A DNA stretch of 64,000 nucleotides from Nitrospinales bacterium (GTDB lineage: Bacteria > Nitrospinota > Nitrospinia > Nitrospinales > VA-1), in contig OZ253496.1 of the NCBI GenBank assembly GCA_965262115.1, positions 1,696,001 to 1,760,000 of the forward strand, read 5' to 3'. This document shows positions 9,875 through 21,644 of this stretch, piece by piece. The translations under genes were made by a program, and so were the position numbers. Positions within the stretch are counted from its first letter, which is position 1; each line of letters starts with the position of its first letter. The notes below the pieces were generated by a model that made no database searches, was not told where the DNA came from, and saw only the letters and a list, made by a program, of their open reading frames with translations.

Positions 9875-11080
9875 ATGATTGATAGCAGTAACAAGACATT
9901 GCATCCTGAGTCCAGCGTCACGCTGGATTTTTTAATTATTGCTGGCGAGGCCTCCGGAGACTTGCATGGCTCGAATCTGGTATCGGCTTTAAAGGCTCTT
10001 TTGCCTCAGGTCCGTTTCAGCGGAATGGGTGGGTCGAGAATGCGGCAGGCTGGGGTGGAAACACTCTTTGGCATTGAGCGTATGGGCGCGGTCGGGGTGG
10101 TTGAGGTGCTGGGAGAATTTGGTCATTATTACAAGGTCTATCGGACATTGATGAAGGAAATCGCCTCGCGCCGTTATGATGCGGTGATTCTCATCGACTA
10201 TCCCACACTAAATCTTAGATTGGCAAAACAGGCACGACGTTTTGCTTGCCCGGTATTATTTTTCATCAGCCCGCAGATTTGGGCCTGGAGGAAGGGAAGA
10301 ATCCGGAATATCCGGGCGTCTGTGAGCAAGATGTTTGTCATTCTCCCGTTTGAAGAAAAACTGTATCTCGATGCCGGGGTAGACGCGGAATTTCTGGGGC
10401 ATCCGTTTGTGGACATGGTCCATCCCAGCCGGACTCGTGAAGAGAGCCGGGTAAAATATTCCTTAAATCCAGAGATCAGGACCATCGGGCTTTTGCCCGG
10501 AAGCAGGATGAATGAGGTAAACTCCCTTTTAGATGTGATGGTTCAGGCGGGAGAAAAAATTCGCGATGAACTGGGTTCCTGCCAGTTTCTTCTTCCCGTT
10601 GCCGACTCTATCGATCCCGATCTGATCCGCCAGCGTCTGGGTACCAACCCGCTGGGTATCCAATTGGTTGAGGGAGAACCCTATGATGTGATGAATAGTT
10701 GTGACATGTTGATCATTGCATCCGGTTCTGCCACGCTGGAAGCGGGAATTCTTGGATGCCCCATGGTCATCATCTACAAGTTGAATCCCTTGACCTACTT
10801 GCTGGCACAGTTGTTAGTTGATGCTCCATTGGTAGGTCTGGTGAATATTGTGGCGGAGGAAGAGGTGGTGCCCGAATTAATACAGGATAAAGTGACAGCA
10901 GAAAATATCTCTACCGAGGTGCTTGCAGTTTTGCGGGTTTCTGGAAAGGAACAGGCTGTTCGCGAGCGTCTTCTTGAAATCAGAAAAACTCTGGGAGAAC
11001 CCGGGGTCATGAAGGTTGTCGCGAAACGCATTGCCGATTTTATGGATAAATTGAGCGCCAATGAAAAAACTCCTGTTTAA
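9875..11080 (+). CDS. lpxB: Lipid-A-disaccharide synthase LpxB
   Basis: AGEASGDLHG, IDYP, SPQIWAWR, LLPGSR, ASGSATLE. Confidence 0.96.
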   Translation: MIDSSNKTLHPESSVTLDFLIIAGEASGDLHGSNLVSALKALLPQVRFSGMGGSRMRQAGVETLFGIERMGAVGVVEVLGEFGHYYKVYRTLMKEIASRRYDAVILIDYPTLNLRLAKQARRFACPVLFFISPQIWAWRKGRIRNIRASVSKMFVILPFEEKLYLDAGVDAEFLGHPFVDMVHPSRTREESRVKYSLNPEIRTIGLLPGSRMNEVNSLLDVMVQAGEKIRDELGSCQFLLPVADSIDPDLIRQRLGTNPLGIQLVEGEPYDVMNSCDMLIIASGSATLEAGILGCPMVIIYKLNPLTYLLAQLLVDAPLVGLVNIVAEEEVVPELIQDKVTAENISTEVLAVLRVSGKEQAVRERLLEIRKTLGEPGVMKVVAKRIADFMDKLSANEKTPV

Positions 11081-11705
11081 TTACGTATTCCCATATCTCC
11101 TTTTTGGATTGGTGTATCTCTGGTGCCTGACTCTTCGCTCAAAAAACCTGAACGAGGAAGAAGAAAACCATATTAAGAATCTTACCGGACCCTATATCAT
11201 CACCTTGTGGCATGGAAGAATCTTTTACCTGTTTTATTATCTTAGTCGACACCCGGATTATTTCCTGCTGATCAGCCCGAGTGAAGATGGCGATCTTCTG
11301 ACCCGGCTCGCGCAATTGATGGGTTATTCCGTGATTCGGGGGTCGACGTTTAAAAAAGCTGTTCCCGCAGCCCGATCCCTGATTAAAGTTTTGCGCAGGA
11401 ACCAGAGGATTATTATAATTGCTGATGGTTCCCGCGGACCGCGATGTGTGGCTCAATCGGGATCGGTGCAATTGGCGGGAATAACCGGAGCGCCCATTTT
11501 CCCCATGACCTTCGGAGCCAAAAATAAAATGGTCTTAAATAGCTGGGACCGGTTTGTCATCCCCTGGCCTTTTGCCCGTTGTGCCCTTAACTTCTCATCA
11601 CCCATTTCTTTGCCCCGCAAATCGTCTGAGCAAAGCATCGAGGAAAAGCGATTGGAGCTGGAAAGTGCCCTCAATCTTATAACCCAAGCCAGCGACGAAA
11701 GCTGA
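11061..11705 (+). CDS. DUF374 / lysophospholipid acyltransferase-like protein
   Basis: LWHGR, ISPSEDG, IRGS, DGSRGP, SWDRF motifs; overlaps lpxB end. Confidence 0.8.
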   Translation: MKKLLFNYVFPYLLFGLVYLWCLTLRSKNLNEEEENHIKNLTGPYIITLWHGRIFYLFYYLSRHPDYFLLISPSEDGDLLTRLAQLMGYSVIRGSTFKKAVPAARSLIKVLRRNQRIIIIADGSRGPRCVAQSGSVQLAGITGAPIFPMTFGAKNKMVLNSWDRFVIPWPFARCALNFSSPISLPRKSSEQSIEEKRLELESALNLITQASDES

Positions 11706-11741
11706 AAAACGCTTTAAAATTAAACATTTTTGGTCCCCAAT

Positions 11742-11758
11742 TGCCTTAAATTGGGGCA
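11742..11758. promoter_or_regulatory. Putative NtrC-type enhancer site
   Basis: TGCCTTAAATTGGGGCA: 17-bp TGC-N11-GCA palindrome ~115 bp upstream of a sigma54-like promoter before glnB. Confidence 0.55.
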
Positions 11759-11871
11759 TCTATCCGTGTTTGAATTTGCCTATTGGCTGTGGTATAGTTC
11801 GCCGGTATCGTAAACCCCTTTAAATTTATGGATTTTTAGCAGGGTTCGCCATAAGGATTTAGCAATCCTTA

Positions 11872-11888
11872 TTGGCATGAATATTGAA
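11872..11888 (+). promoter_or_regulatory. Putative sigma54 (-24/-12) promoter of glnB-glnA
   Basis: TTGGCATGAATATTGAA: GG-N10-GA (non-canonical -12). Confidence 0.55.
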
Positions 11889-12006
11889 GTAAGTTGAAGT
11901 AACCGGTTAGGGGGTTTACGAAAAAGAGTCGTTGTGGCTTGGCAAGGGTTCCGGCCATAAGGAGAATCGTTCACCAGCCCGGATCTTTTTTGAACAAACT
12001 GGCTAA

Positions 12007-12357
<351 letters not shown>

Positions 12358-12441
12358 TCCATGGATTCTTTGAATAACCGTCTTCTTTCTAAATAGAATT
12401 ATCATAGATTTCCCTGTCGGGGATTTCTGGAATTTATATAT

Positions 12442-12476
12442 AAAACGGACACCGTGGGACGGTACCCGTTTTTTTT
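12442..12476 (+). terminator. Intrinsic terminator-like hairpin between glnB and glnA
   Basis: AAAACGG-AC-ACCGT-GGG-ACGGT-AC-CCG followed by T8. Confidence 0.6.
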
Positions 12477-12530
12477 GCGTCTTTTTTTTATGCTTATAAT
12501 CTTTAACTATTTTTTGCAGGAGATACTTTA

Positions 12531-13943
12531 ATGACCCCCAAAGAGGCGGTAGATTTCGCAAAAAAGAATAATGCTCGGATTGTAGATATGAAGTTTACGG
12601 ATCTGCTCGGATCCTGGCAGCATTTTTCTGTGCCTGTGAGTGAATTGGAAGAAGCTTTGTTTGAAGAAGGCTTGGGGTTCGATGGCTCGAGCATCCGCGG
12701 ATGGCAGGCCATTAATAATAGCGACATGTTGGCCATTCCCGATCCAGCCACTACGGTCATGGATCCGTTTATGAAAGATGCGACGGTCAGTATGATTTGT
12801 AATATTGTGGACCCGATCACCAAAGAAAAATACAGCCGTGATCCTCGCAATATCGCCCAGAAAGCAGAAGCCTATCTCAAGTCCACCGGAATTGGTGATA
12901 CTGCCTGCTTTGGGCCGGAAGCGGAATTTTTTATTTTTGATAATATTCAATACGATTCCACCGCCAATGAATCGTTTTATTCGATCGATTCTTCTGAAGG
13001 AACCTGGAATACGGGTAGGGATGAAGAGCCTAACTTGGGCCACAAGCCGAGACATAAAGAAGGCTATTTTCCGGTTGCTCCTAACGATACGCTTCAGGAT
13101 ATTCGCTCTGAAATGATGTTGCTCATGGAGCAGGTTGGCATCAACATGGAGTGCCACCATCACGAAGTGGCAACGGGTGGTCAATGTGAAATCGATATGC
13201 GTTTTGCTCCGCTGGTTAATTGTGCTGATAACCTGATGTGGTACAAATACATTGTTAAAAACGTTGCCCGGGCGCATGGTAAGACCGCAACCTTCATGCC
13301 CAAACCCATGTATGGTGATAACGGAACTGGAATGCATGTTCATCAGAGTATCTGGAAGGATGGCAAATCTCTGATGGCCGGAAACAGTTATGCGGGTTTC
13401 AGCGAACTGGGCATGCACTGCATCGGCGGTATTTTGAAACACTCGCGGGCGATTTGTGCTTTTGCCGCACCGACCACCAACTCCTACAAACGGTTGGTTC
13501 CGGGTTTCGAAGCCCCGGTCAACCTAGCTTATTCCAGCCGGAACCGGAGCGCGGCCATCCGTATCCCCATGTACTCACCCAGTCCCAAAGCAAAACGATT
13601 GGAAATCCGCTACCCCGATCCTTCCTGTAATGGTTATCTGGCTTTCTCTGCAATGCTCATGGCGGGCCTGGATGGCATTGAAAATAAAATTGACCCCGGT
13701 GAGCCGCTGGATAAAAACATTTACTCCCTGAGGCCGGAAGAGTTGGCGGGTGTTACTACCCTGCCGCACTCTTTGGATCAGGCGCTTGAAGCTCTGGAGA
13801 ATGATCATGAATTTCTCCTTAAGGGCGATGTGTTCACTCAGGATTTGATTGAAACCTGGATCGGATATAAACGTGAAAATGAAATTGATCCTCTGCGTTT
13901 GCGACCACATCCTCTGGAGTTTCAAATGTATTACGATTGCTGA
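12531..13943 (+). CDS. glnA: Glutamine synthetase type I
   Basis: [35 protein letters not shown], adenylylation site KNIY. Confidence 0.98.
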   Translation: MTPKEAVDFAKKNNARIVDMKFTDLLGSWQHFSVPVSELEEALFEEGLGFDGSSIRGWQAINNSDMLAIPDPATTVMDPFMKDATVSMICNIVDPITKEKYSRDPRNIAQKAEAYLKSTGIGDTACFGPEAEFFIFDNIQYDSTANESFYSIDSSEGTWNTGRDEEPNLGHKPRHKEGYFPVAPNDTLQDIRSEMMLLMEQVGINMECHHHEVATGGQCEIDMRFAPLVNCADNLMWYKYIVKNVARAHGKTATFMPKPMYGDNGTGMHVHQSIWKDGKSLMAGNSYAGFSELGMHCIGGILKHSRAICAFAAPTTNSYKRLVPGFEAPVNLAYSSRNRSAAIRIPMYSPSPKAKRLEIRYPDPSCNGYLAFSAMLMAGLDGIENKIDPGEPLDKNIYSLRPEELAGVTTLPHSLDQALEALENDHEFLLKGDVFTQDLIETWIGYKRENEIDPLRLRPHPLEFQMYYDC

Positions 13944-14055
13944 TCAGGAGAGAACCCTGAACTTAAAACCCCCCGGGTTTTCCCATGGAGTTTTTTTATG
14001 TGCTAAATTGGGCCAATATTGAGGTTAAAACCCCAATGGCCATGAGAAAGCTTAC

Positions 14056-17000
14056 ATGACTTTTTCTGCAGAACTTATCCAGCGAATTCACCAACGTCAG
14101 CCTTGGGACGAAACCCTGTCCAAACCTTTACAGGATTTTGGTCTTCGTGGTCCTGAAACCGCCTGGAAAGACCTCGTTGGCCTGGCTGGCCATGCCCAAT
14201 TTGAAAAACTATACCCGGATTTTTTCAAAGTCTTGCTGGAACTGATTTCCAGTTCGTATAACGGGGATATGGCTCTGCACAACTTCGAGCGTTTTTCAGA
14301 AAAAATTTCGGATAAGGATTGTTTATACGCGCAACTGATCGAATCGTTTTCCCTGTTTGAAGCCCTGGTATTTTTGTTTTCCGGCAGTCAGGTGCTCACT
14401 GATGCTCTGCTCAAAGAACCGTCATACATAAACTGGTTAAGCCGACCGAAGACTCTGATCAACTCCAAATCAAAAGATATACTGATGCGGGACTTCTATG
14501 AAATGGCGGGGAAAGAATTTCAAAGTAAAAACCTTTTTTCTGCTCTGAGAAAATTTAAAAAAAGGGAATACATACGAATTGGATTGCGGGACCTGTTAGG
14601 GAAAGTCGATTTCCAGGAAACGGTTGAGGATATTTCCAACCTCGCTGATGTTTGCCTGCAAACCGCCTATGGGCACACCGACCGGGAGTTACGAAAAAAA
14701 TATGGCCGCCCTGTTTACCAGAATGCAGATGGTAGTTGGAAAGAATCAGAATTTACTGTCCTGGGCATGGGAAAACTGGGAGGCCGCGAACTCAATTACA
14801 GTTCCGATATTGACCTGATCTATATTTATACATCCAGTCAGGGAGAAACGCGCCCGGAAAATGAGAATGATCAACCCATTTTGAGTATCAGCAATCATGA
14901 GTACTTCACCAGGCTGGCGTTGGGAATCTCCAAATCTCTCAACGAAATAACTTCAGACGGCAATGTGTTCCGAGTGGACCTTGAACTTCGACCGGAAGGG
15001 AACAGTGGTGAGATTGTGAACTCTCTGGCCAGTTGCGAAATTTATTACCAGTCCTGGGGGAGAACCTGGGAAAGGCAGGCCCTCATCAAGGCCCGTGTTT
15101 CGGCGGGCAGTGAGAACCTGGGCAAGAAATTCTTTGAAATGATCGAGTCGTTTATTTACCGAAGAAGCCTGGACTTTGAGGCCATTAAAGAAATAAAGTC
15201 CATGAAGCATCAGATCAATAAAAGTCTCAAGGGAAAACACTTGAAGGGAAATATTAAACTTGGATTTGGTGGCATCCGAGAAGTGGAATTTATCATTCAG
15301 GCTTATCAGTTGCTGTTGGGTGGAAGGGATAAAAGCCTGCGTGTTCGCGATTCACTGGGAGCCATGAAAATACTTTGCGAAAAAAATATCCTTACAAAAG
15401 AAGACCACGATCGTCTCCGTGAGGCCTACATCTTTTTGCGCAATTTGGAAAATCGCGTGCAAATCACTTTTGGTTTGCAAACCCACCTTTTTCCGGATAA
15501 CGAAACCGACTTGGCTGTGCTGGCCAGAAAAATGAGGACCCCGGGTGACAGCCAGAAAAGTCTGGCCAATAACCTGATGAAAGAATATGAAAATCACACC
15601 CGGTTCGTGGGCGCAATGTTCGCTGAACAATTCGTCAAAAAAGAAAAACGGGATGCGGCAGAAACCCTCTCCGGTGAATGGGATCGATCCAGGGTGGGGG
15701 AGGACCAGTTTGTTGAAAGCAAATTGGCGGAGATCCCCCTTCTTTCCAATCCGAAAAGCGCATACCGGTTTCTCGAAGCTTTTCGTGATGGAGCCCAGTT
15801 TTCACATCCTTCCGTGCGCAGTATTCGGAAGTTTTACAGCATCATTCCTAAAATATTCCAGCAGTGCGAAAAGGTTCCCATGCCCGATTTGGCAATCGAA
15901 AACCTGTGCCGATTTGTGGAAGCGACCGGGGCCAGAGAGTCTTTCCTCAACCTGTTTCAGGAAAATGAAAAATTTCTTGAGTTATTGCTCATACTTTTTG
16001 GTAGCAGTGGAATGCTGTCACAAACCCTGATCAGGCAGCCTGGTTTGGTCGATGTGCTGACCGACATGGATAGTATTTACCGTTTCAAGCTAGCAGAAAA
16101 AATACAGGAAGATTTAAACCGGGCACTAAAAAATTCTCCAAATTTTGAGTCCAGGTCTATGGTGCTTCGGCGTATCAAGCAGGCCGAGGAACTTCGTATC
16201 GGAGTGCGCTACCTGATCAAGGAAGCTAACCTTTCCGGCACTCTGGAAGATCTTTCCAATCTCGCGGATGTTTTCCTGGAAACCGTTTACCAAATCGCCT
16301 GTGACGAGCTCGAAAAAAAATCCAGGCATGGCAACTTTCGTGATTTTTGCATCATTGGAATGGGCAAGTTGGGAGGGCGTGAATTGAATTTTAGATCGGA
16401 CCTCGATGTGCTGCTGGTCTACGATGAAGGCGAAAGCGATCCTCCGCCGGAAGGGTTTGCGGATTATTACTCAGCCCTGTCGCAGATGATCTATAAACTG
16501 ACTTCTGAAGTGACTCCGGCTGGTTATGCCTACAAAATTGATACCGAACTCCGGCCAGAGGGAGATGCGGGAGTGCTGGTTCTTTCTGTCCATGGCTACG
16601 AAAAATATTTTCAATCTCGAGCCAGAATCTGGGAGCAACAGGCCCTGGTGCGGGCACGATTTGTGGCTGGCAACGCTGAGGTGGGAAAAAAGTTCATCGA
16701 GTCCGCCCACAATTTTGCCTACCATGATAAGTTTGAATATGTTTTTCTCATAGAAATATCGCGTCTTAGAGAAAGAATGGAACAGGAGCTGGCAAAGGAA
16801 GCCACCAAGGGAAAAAATGTGAAGCTGGGATTTGGGGGTCTGGCCGATATCGAGTTTGCGATGCAGATTCTCCAGTTGAAGCACGGCAAAAAGTTTGAGC
16901 GTCTTCGACAAACCAACACCCTTTCAGCTCTGCTAAGTTTCGTCGCCCTCGGGTTGGTCGATCAGGATATGGCCGAAGAACTTCGGGACAGCTATCTTTT

Positions 17001-17223
17001 TCTAAGAAATCTGGAATGCGCCCTGCGAATCATTCGACAGACTCCCACCAACACGCTTCCCAAAGATAATAAGGAGTTGGCACCCGTGGCCCGGCTACTC
17101 GGATACGAGGGTAAGGACCCTGAAACCCTGACAAGCAGCTTGCTCACCGATTATGATCGCCATACGCGACAGGTCCGCAAATATTATCGTAAAACCATCG
17201 GCCACCTCCTCAACGTTCCTTAG
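14056..17223 (+). CDS. glnE: Bifunctional glutamine synthetase adenylyltransferase/adenylyl-removing enzyme
   Basis: Two nucleotidyltransferase modules (MGKLGGRELN..SDxD, LRPEG, WExQALxxAR, KLGFGG). Confidence 0.95.
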   Translation: MTFSAELIQRIHQRQPWDETLSKPLQDFGLRGPETAWKDLVGLAGHAQFEKLYPDFFKVLLELISSSYNGDMALHNFERFSEKISDKDCLYAQLIESFSLFEALVFLFSGSQVLTDALLKEPSYINWLSRPKTLINSKSKDILMRDFYEMAGKEFQSKNLFSALRKFKKREYIRIGLRDLLGKVDFQETVEDISNLADVCLQTAYGHTDRELRKKYGRPVYQNADGSWKESEFTVLGMGKLGGRELNYSSDIDLIYIYTSSQGETRPENENDQPILSISNHEYFTRLALGISKSLNEITSDGNVFRVDLELRPEGNSGEIVNSLASCEIYYQSWGRTWERQALIKARVSAGSENLGKKFFEMIESFIYRRSLDFEAIKEIKSMKHQINKSLKGKHLKGNIKLGFGGIREVEFIIQAYQLLLGGRDKSLRVRDSLGAMKILCEKNILTKEDHDRLREAYIFLRNLENRVQITFGLQTHLFPDNETDLAVLARKMRTPGDSQKSLANNLMKEYENHTRFVGAMFAEQFVKKEKRDAAETLSGEWDRSRVGEDQFVESKLAEIPLLSNPKSAYRFLEAFRDGAQFSHPSVRSIRKFYSIIPKIFQQCEKVPMPDLAIENLCRFVEATGARESFLNLFQENEKFLELLLILFGSSGMLSQTLIRQPGLVDVLTDMDSIYRFKLAEKIQEDLNRALKNSPNFESRSMVLRRIKQAEELRIGVRYLIKEANLSGTLEDLSNLADVFLETVYQIACDELEKKSRHGNFRDFCIIGMGKLGGRELNFRSDLDVLLVYDEGESDPPPEGFADYYSALSQMIYKLTSEVTPAGYAYKIDTELRPEGDAGVLVLSVHGYEKYFQSRARIWEQQALVRARFVAGNAEVGKKFIESAHNFAYHDKFEYVFLIEISRLRERMEQELAKEATKGKNVKLGFGGLADIEFAMQILQLKHGKKFERLRQTNTLSALLSFVALGLVDQDMAEELRDSYLFLRNLECALRIIRQTPTNTLPKDNKELAPVARLLGYEGKDPETLTSSLLTDYDRHTRQVRKYYRKTIGHLLNVP

Positions 17224-17508
17224 CCCCCGGCTGCTGGCCGGAGAGAACAGGGCCTTCGCGGCGTGCGCGTGGTAATCCCCATCAACAAATTCAATATTTG
17301 ACATATGAATAGGAAGAATAAGAAAATTTTTCTATTTGAAATAATTGACTTTAAAATGCGGGGGGGGTGAGGCGGATAAGAAGATAGATATTTGGACCGA
17401 TCAAAAAACGGTATATCAACAGCTTTCCGCTGTTTTAAATGCTAACTTGGAGGGTAAATATTTGCAGTCCGATTTGAACCGGCATCTATCTGGAAACTCT
17501 TAGGGCGG

Positions 17509-19077
17509 CTAGCCACCGCCCTGATTGAGTTTGTAGTCGATGCTGTCGATCAAGGCCTGCCAACTGGCTTCGATGATATTTTCTGAGACCCCAACGGTTC
17601 CCCATTTGGATTGATGGTCGCCGGATTCCACCAGCACCCGGGTTTTGGCACGGGTGCCTTTTTGTTCATCCAGAATGCGAACCTTGTAATCGTAGAGGTT
17701 GACATCCTCGAGTTCCGGGTAGAATTTCACCAGGGCTTTTTTGATGGCCTTATCCAGGGCGTCGACCGGACCCGCGCCTTCGGCAGCTGAAACCTCTTGT
17801 ACGCCGTTGACCCGCAGTTTGACCGTGGCCTCGGAGATGGGTTCTTCATCTTCCTTGCGTTTTTCAACGATGACCCGGAAGCCGATAAAATCGAAAAAGA
17901 CTTCTTTTTCGCCCAAGGCGTCACGCATCATCAGTTCAAAGGAAGCTTCGGCCCCTTCATACTGGAAGCCGAGGTTCTCGGACTCTTTAAGGGAGTTCAG
18001 GATTTTTGCCACCTTGGGGTCTTTATCGTCAATGTTGATGCCATATTCCTTGGCTTTGTGGAGCACATTACTTTTTCCTGAAAGGTCGGAAACCAGAATG
18101 CGCTGGTGGTTGCCCACTTTTTCGGGTTCGATGTGTTCATAGGTCAGCGCATTTTTGTGCACCGCGCTGACATGCACACCGCCTTTATGGGCAAACGCGC
18201 TTTTTCCCACAAACGGTTGCTGGTTCCAGTGCGCCCGGTTGGCCAGCTCATCCACAAAAGCGGAAGCGTCTTTCAGGGATTGCAGTTGTTCATCGGTGAC
18301 GCAGTCGATGCCCATTTTAATTTTCAGGTTAGCGATGATAGAAACCAGGTTGGCGTTGCCGCAGCGCTCTCCATAACCGTTGATGGTGCCCTGCACCTGT
18401 TCGGCACCGGCCTGAACGGCGGTGAGAGAATTGGCGACCGCCACTTCTGCATCGTTGTGGGCATGGATGCCCATTTTAACGGAAATGGATTTTTTAACTT
18501 CTTCGAAGATAGAACGCACCTCGTGCGGCAGTGAGCCACCGTTGGTGTCGCACAGGATGATCCAGTCGGCTCCGGCGGATTCGGCTTCTTTGATCGTCTT
18601 GAGGGCGTAGTCCGGATTATTTTTGTAGCCATCGAAAAAATGTTCGCAATCAAACAGGACCTCCTCGCGGTGCTTTTTCAAATAAGCGACGCTCTCAAAG
18701 ATCATGCGCAGGTTCTCGTCGAGGCTGGTGCCCAAGGCATCTTTCACGTGCAGGTCCCAGGTTTTTCCGAACAGGGTCACCACCTGGGTCTCGGTTTTCA
18801 GTAGAGCCTGCATGACGATATCGTCTTCCACCTTTTTTTCTGGATAACGGGTACTGCCGAAGGCCGTGATCCGGGTCTGAGAAAATTTGGCGCGGTTCGC
18901 CTTTTCAAAAAAATCGATGTCCCTCGGATTTGATCCCGGCCAGCCGCCTTCGACATAATGCGCTCCCAACTCGTCGAGTTTGTGGGCGATGCGGATTTTG
19001 TCCTCGACGGTGAAGGAGATGCCTTCGGCCTGGGATCCGTCTCTAAGGGTAGTGTCATAAATTTTTACGGAACTCAT
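17509..19077 (-). CDS. cimA: Citramalate synthase (LeuA/CimA family)
   Basis: [38 protein letters not shown], LeuA-type regulatory domain. Confidence 0.9.
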   Translation of the reverse strand: MSSVKIYDTTLRDGSQAEGISFTVEDKIRIAHKLDELGAHYVEGGWPGSNPRDIDFFEKANRAKFSQTRITAFGSTRYPEKKVEDDIVMQALLKTETQVVTLFGKTWDLHVKDALGTSLDENLRMIFESVAYLKKHREEVLFDCEHFFDGYKNNPDYALKTIKEAESAGADWIILCDTNGGSLPHEVRSIFEEVKKSISVKMGIHAHNDAEVAVANSLTAVQAGAEQVQGTINGYGERCGNANLVSIIANLKIKMGIDCVTDEQLQSLKDASAFVDELANRAHWNQQPFVGKSAFAHKGGVHVSAVHKNALTYEHIEPEKVGNHQRILVSDLSGKSNVLHKAKEYGINIDDKDPKVAKILNSLKESENLGFQYEGAEASFELMMRDALGEKEVFFDFIGFRVIVEKRKEDEEPISEATVKLRVNGVQEVSAAEGAGPVDALDKAIKKALVKFYPELEDVNLYDYKVRILDEQKGTRAKTRVLVESGDHQSKWGTVGVSENIIEASWQALIDSIDYKLNQGGG

Positions 19078-19079
19078 TT

Positions 19080-20357
19080 TTAAACAGCGCTCACTTTTTT
19101 TGCGGTTTTCTTTTTAGCGTTCTTTTTAACTGGTTTGTTCTCCAACTTAAAGATATCGTGCAGAGCGGTAACGGCAAGTTTAGAATTTTTTTGTTCAATG
19201 ATGCAGGACACTTTGATCTCTGAGGTGCTGATCATCAATATATTAATTTTATGTGCAGACAAGGTTTTAAAAATTTGTGCCGCGACTCCTGAATGACTGC
19301 GCATGCCTGCTCCGACAATGGAAAGTTTAGCAATTTTTGCATCGGAGCTGACATGGGTGGCGTGGATTTTTTTTGCAACTTTCTTCATAATAACCATGGC
19401 TTCATTCAGTTCTTCCCGTTCCAGCGTGAACGACAGGTCGGTATGCCCTTGTTCGCTGACATTCTGAATGATCATGTCCACAGAAATGGACGCAGACGCC
19501 AAAGGCTCAAAAATATTAGCGGCGATACCCGGCTGATCGGGAACTTCCTTCAGGGTGATTTTTGCCTGGTTTTTGTCGCACATGATTCCGGAAACTACCG
19601 GTTGTTCCATTTTTGGATCCTCCTCGCAGATCAAAGTTCCCTTGTCCTTCTCTTTGAAAGACGATTTAACAAGCAGGGGCATCTTGTATTTATGGGCAAA
19701 CTCCACACAACGGATTTGCAGGACTTTGGCTCCCAGACTGGCCATTTCCAGCATCTCATCATACGATACCACATCCAGCCTTCTGGCCTGTGGCACGAGT
19801 CTGGGGTCGGCGGTATAAACCCCATCGACATCGGTATAGATTTCACATTGCCGGGCGTCGAGCGCAACCGCCAGAGCCACCGCCGAGGTGTCCGACCCGC
19901 CTCTGCCTAAAGTGGTCACATCGCCTTCCGGGTTGATGCCCTGGAATCCGGCGACCACGATCACATGATTTTCCTTCAGCATTTTACGAGCCCGCTGGGC
20001 ATCAATACTCTTGATGCGAGCCCGGGTATGGGTGCTGTCGGTCTGCAGGCCAATCTGTCTTCCCGTCATGGAAAGTGCAGGAATACCTCTGGATTGCAGG
20101 GCGAGGGTCAACAGAGCGGACGAGATGCGTTCGCCGGATGACAGGAGCATGTCGATTTCCCGTCTCGCCGGATTTTTAGAAAGGCTATGTGCCATTTTCA
20201 GCAATTTGTCGGTTTCCCCTGCCATAGCCGAAACCACGGCAACGATATCGATGCCGGTTTTTCGGGTTTTCGCGATGCGGTCGGCCACACATTGGATACG
20301 CTCCAGAGTTCCTACAGAGGTGCCGCCATATTTTTGTACAATTAAAGATTTGTTCAT
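19080..20357 (-). CDS. lysC: Aspartate kinase
   Basis: [29 protein letters not shown], two ACT domains. Confidence 0.96.
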   Translation of the reverse strand: MNKSLIVQKYGGTSVGTLERIQCVADRIAKTRKTGIDIVAVVSAMAGETDKLLKMAHSLSKNPARREIDMLLSSGERISSALLTLALQSRGIPALSMTGRQIGLQTDSTHTRARIKSIDAQRARKMLKENHVIVVAGFQGINPEGDVTTLGRGGSDTSAVALAVALDARQCEIYTDVDGVYTADPRLVPQARRLDVVSYDEMLEMASLGAKVLQIRCVEFAHKYKMPLLVKSSFKEKDKGTLICEEDPKMEQPVVSGIMCDKNQAKITLKEVPDQPGIAANIFEPLASASISVDMIIQNVSEQGHTDLSFTLEREELNEAMVIMKKVAKKIHATHVSSDAKIAKLSIVGAGMRSHSGVAAQIFKTLSAHKINILMISTSEIKVSCIIEQKNSKLAVTALHDIFKLENKPVKKNAKKKTAKKVSAV

Positions 20358-21541
20358 AACTGGTCTGTCAAAAAAGCCGTCAATAGATCGGGAGCGTTAT
20401 CGAATAATTTCCCTGCTTCTAAAATTTGTTCATCATATTGGTGGGTGCCTCCCGATTGGGTGGGATACACCAGATAAGGAACCGGAGAACGTTCGTATTT
20501 CATCGACATGGCGGAACTGACATGGTTGACCACCAACAACATTTTTATATTTTCATTTGTCTCCATCGCTTGGGCCAGAGGCCTGATGACCTCTGTATCG
20601 AAATCTTCGATCATTAAAATCTTATCGTCAACATTGCCTTTGAGTGAAACTTCTTCTCCCGCTGAAATGTGGAGGAAAACCACATCTTTGCTTTCCAGTT
20701 CCTTGAGCGTCGCAGAAACTTTGGCCGAATAATTGGTGTCGGAAAACCCGGTCGCGCCTTCCACATCTACAATATCCATACCGGTGAGTTTGCCGATGCC
20801 CTTGACCATCAAAGACGCGGTGATTAAAGATGCACTTTTATCATACCGTTCTCTGAAGGAAGGCAGATTGGGCAGTTCACCGTTGCCCCAAAACCAGATG
20901 CTGTTTACCGGGTCTTCGTTATCGGCAACACGTTTTCTGTTGTAGGCATGGTTATGCAAAATAATTTGCGCCTGATTCATCACGAAGATCAGTTCGCGGT
21001 TTTCCTCGGGCATGAACTGGCGGATGCCTTCGCCGATCAGTTCGTTGGGCGGAGACAACTTTTCCGCAATCGGCGGACTTTTGATAAACATCAAGTTATG
21101 ATAACCACCGCCCGGATAGAACGTGACCGGAGCATCGACCACTTGCTCCTTAAGGGTGTCCATGAGAAGGCCGGAGTCACTACGGGAAAGATGCCCGGCG
21201 GTATAATCTTTCATGACCATATCGTCATGAGTGGGCTGCAGCGTTATTAAATCGCAACAGAGTGCGACTTCATCTTGCGCTGGTCTTATTCCCAATCCCA
21301 TCGCAGAGAGTGGAGCATGACCTGCAGAATATTTTTTTGGATCAAGGCCCAGAAGTCCCAGGCAGGAGATTTCATTCCCCGGATGTAAATCATCCGGAAT
21401 AGTTTGGACCGGCCCGCAGCTGGCATTTTTAGTCAGGGCATCCAGGTTAGGGGTGTCGGCCAACTGCAACGGGGTTTTATTATCTTTTTCCGCGAAAGGC
21501 TTGTCGGTCAGGCCCGCCACGATAACAACCAGGTACTTCAT
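20354..21541 (-). CDS. ApgM-like (cofactor-independent phosphoglycerate mutase fold) protein with degenerate active site
   Basis: KTPLQLADTPNLD, NSIWFWG, VEGATG ApgM-type segments; metal ligands and catalytic Ser appear substituted; ATGA overlap with lysC. Confidence 0.75.
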   Translation of the reverse strand: MKYLVVIVAGLTDKPFAEKDNKTPLQLADTPNLDALTKNASCGPVQTIPDDLHPGNEISCLGLLGLDPKKYSAGHAPLSAMGLGIRPAQDEVALCCDLITLQPTHDDMVMKDYTAGHLSRSDSGLLMDTLKEQVVDAPVTFYPGGGYHNLMFIKSPPIAEKLSPPNELIGEGIRQFMPEENRELIFVMNQAQIILHNHAYNRKRVADNEDPVNSIWFWGNGELPNLPSFRERYDKSASLITASLMVKGIGKLTGMDIVDVEGATGFSDTNYSAKVSATLKELESKDVVFLHISAGEEVSLKGNVDDKILMIEDFDTEVIRPLAQAMETNENIKMLLVVNHVSSAMSMKYERSPVPYLVYPTQSGGTHQYDEQILEAGKLFDNAPDLLTAFLTDQL

Positions 21542-21644
21542 TTCTTTAGGGATAAAAGGATTGAGACGTCAAACATAATCAGGAAGTTATGATTATAACT
21601 TAATTTTTGCCATTTCCCCAACTTATTGAGAAACAAAGGGTCGA

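Noticed and set aside
12528..13442. Long antisense ORFs opposite glnA, clpC, lon, tig and others
   Set aside because: Shadow ORFs of well-supported genes; no motifs.
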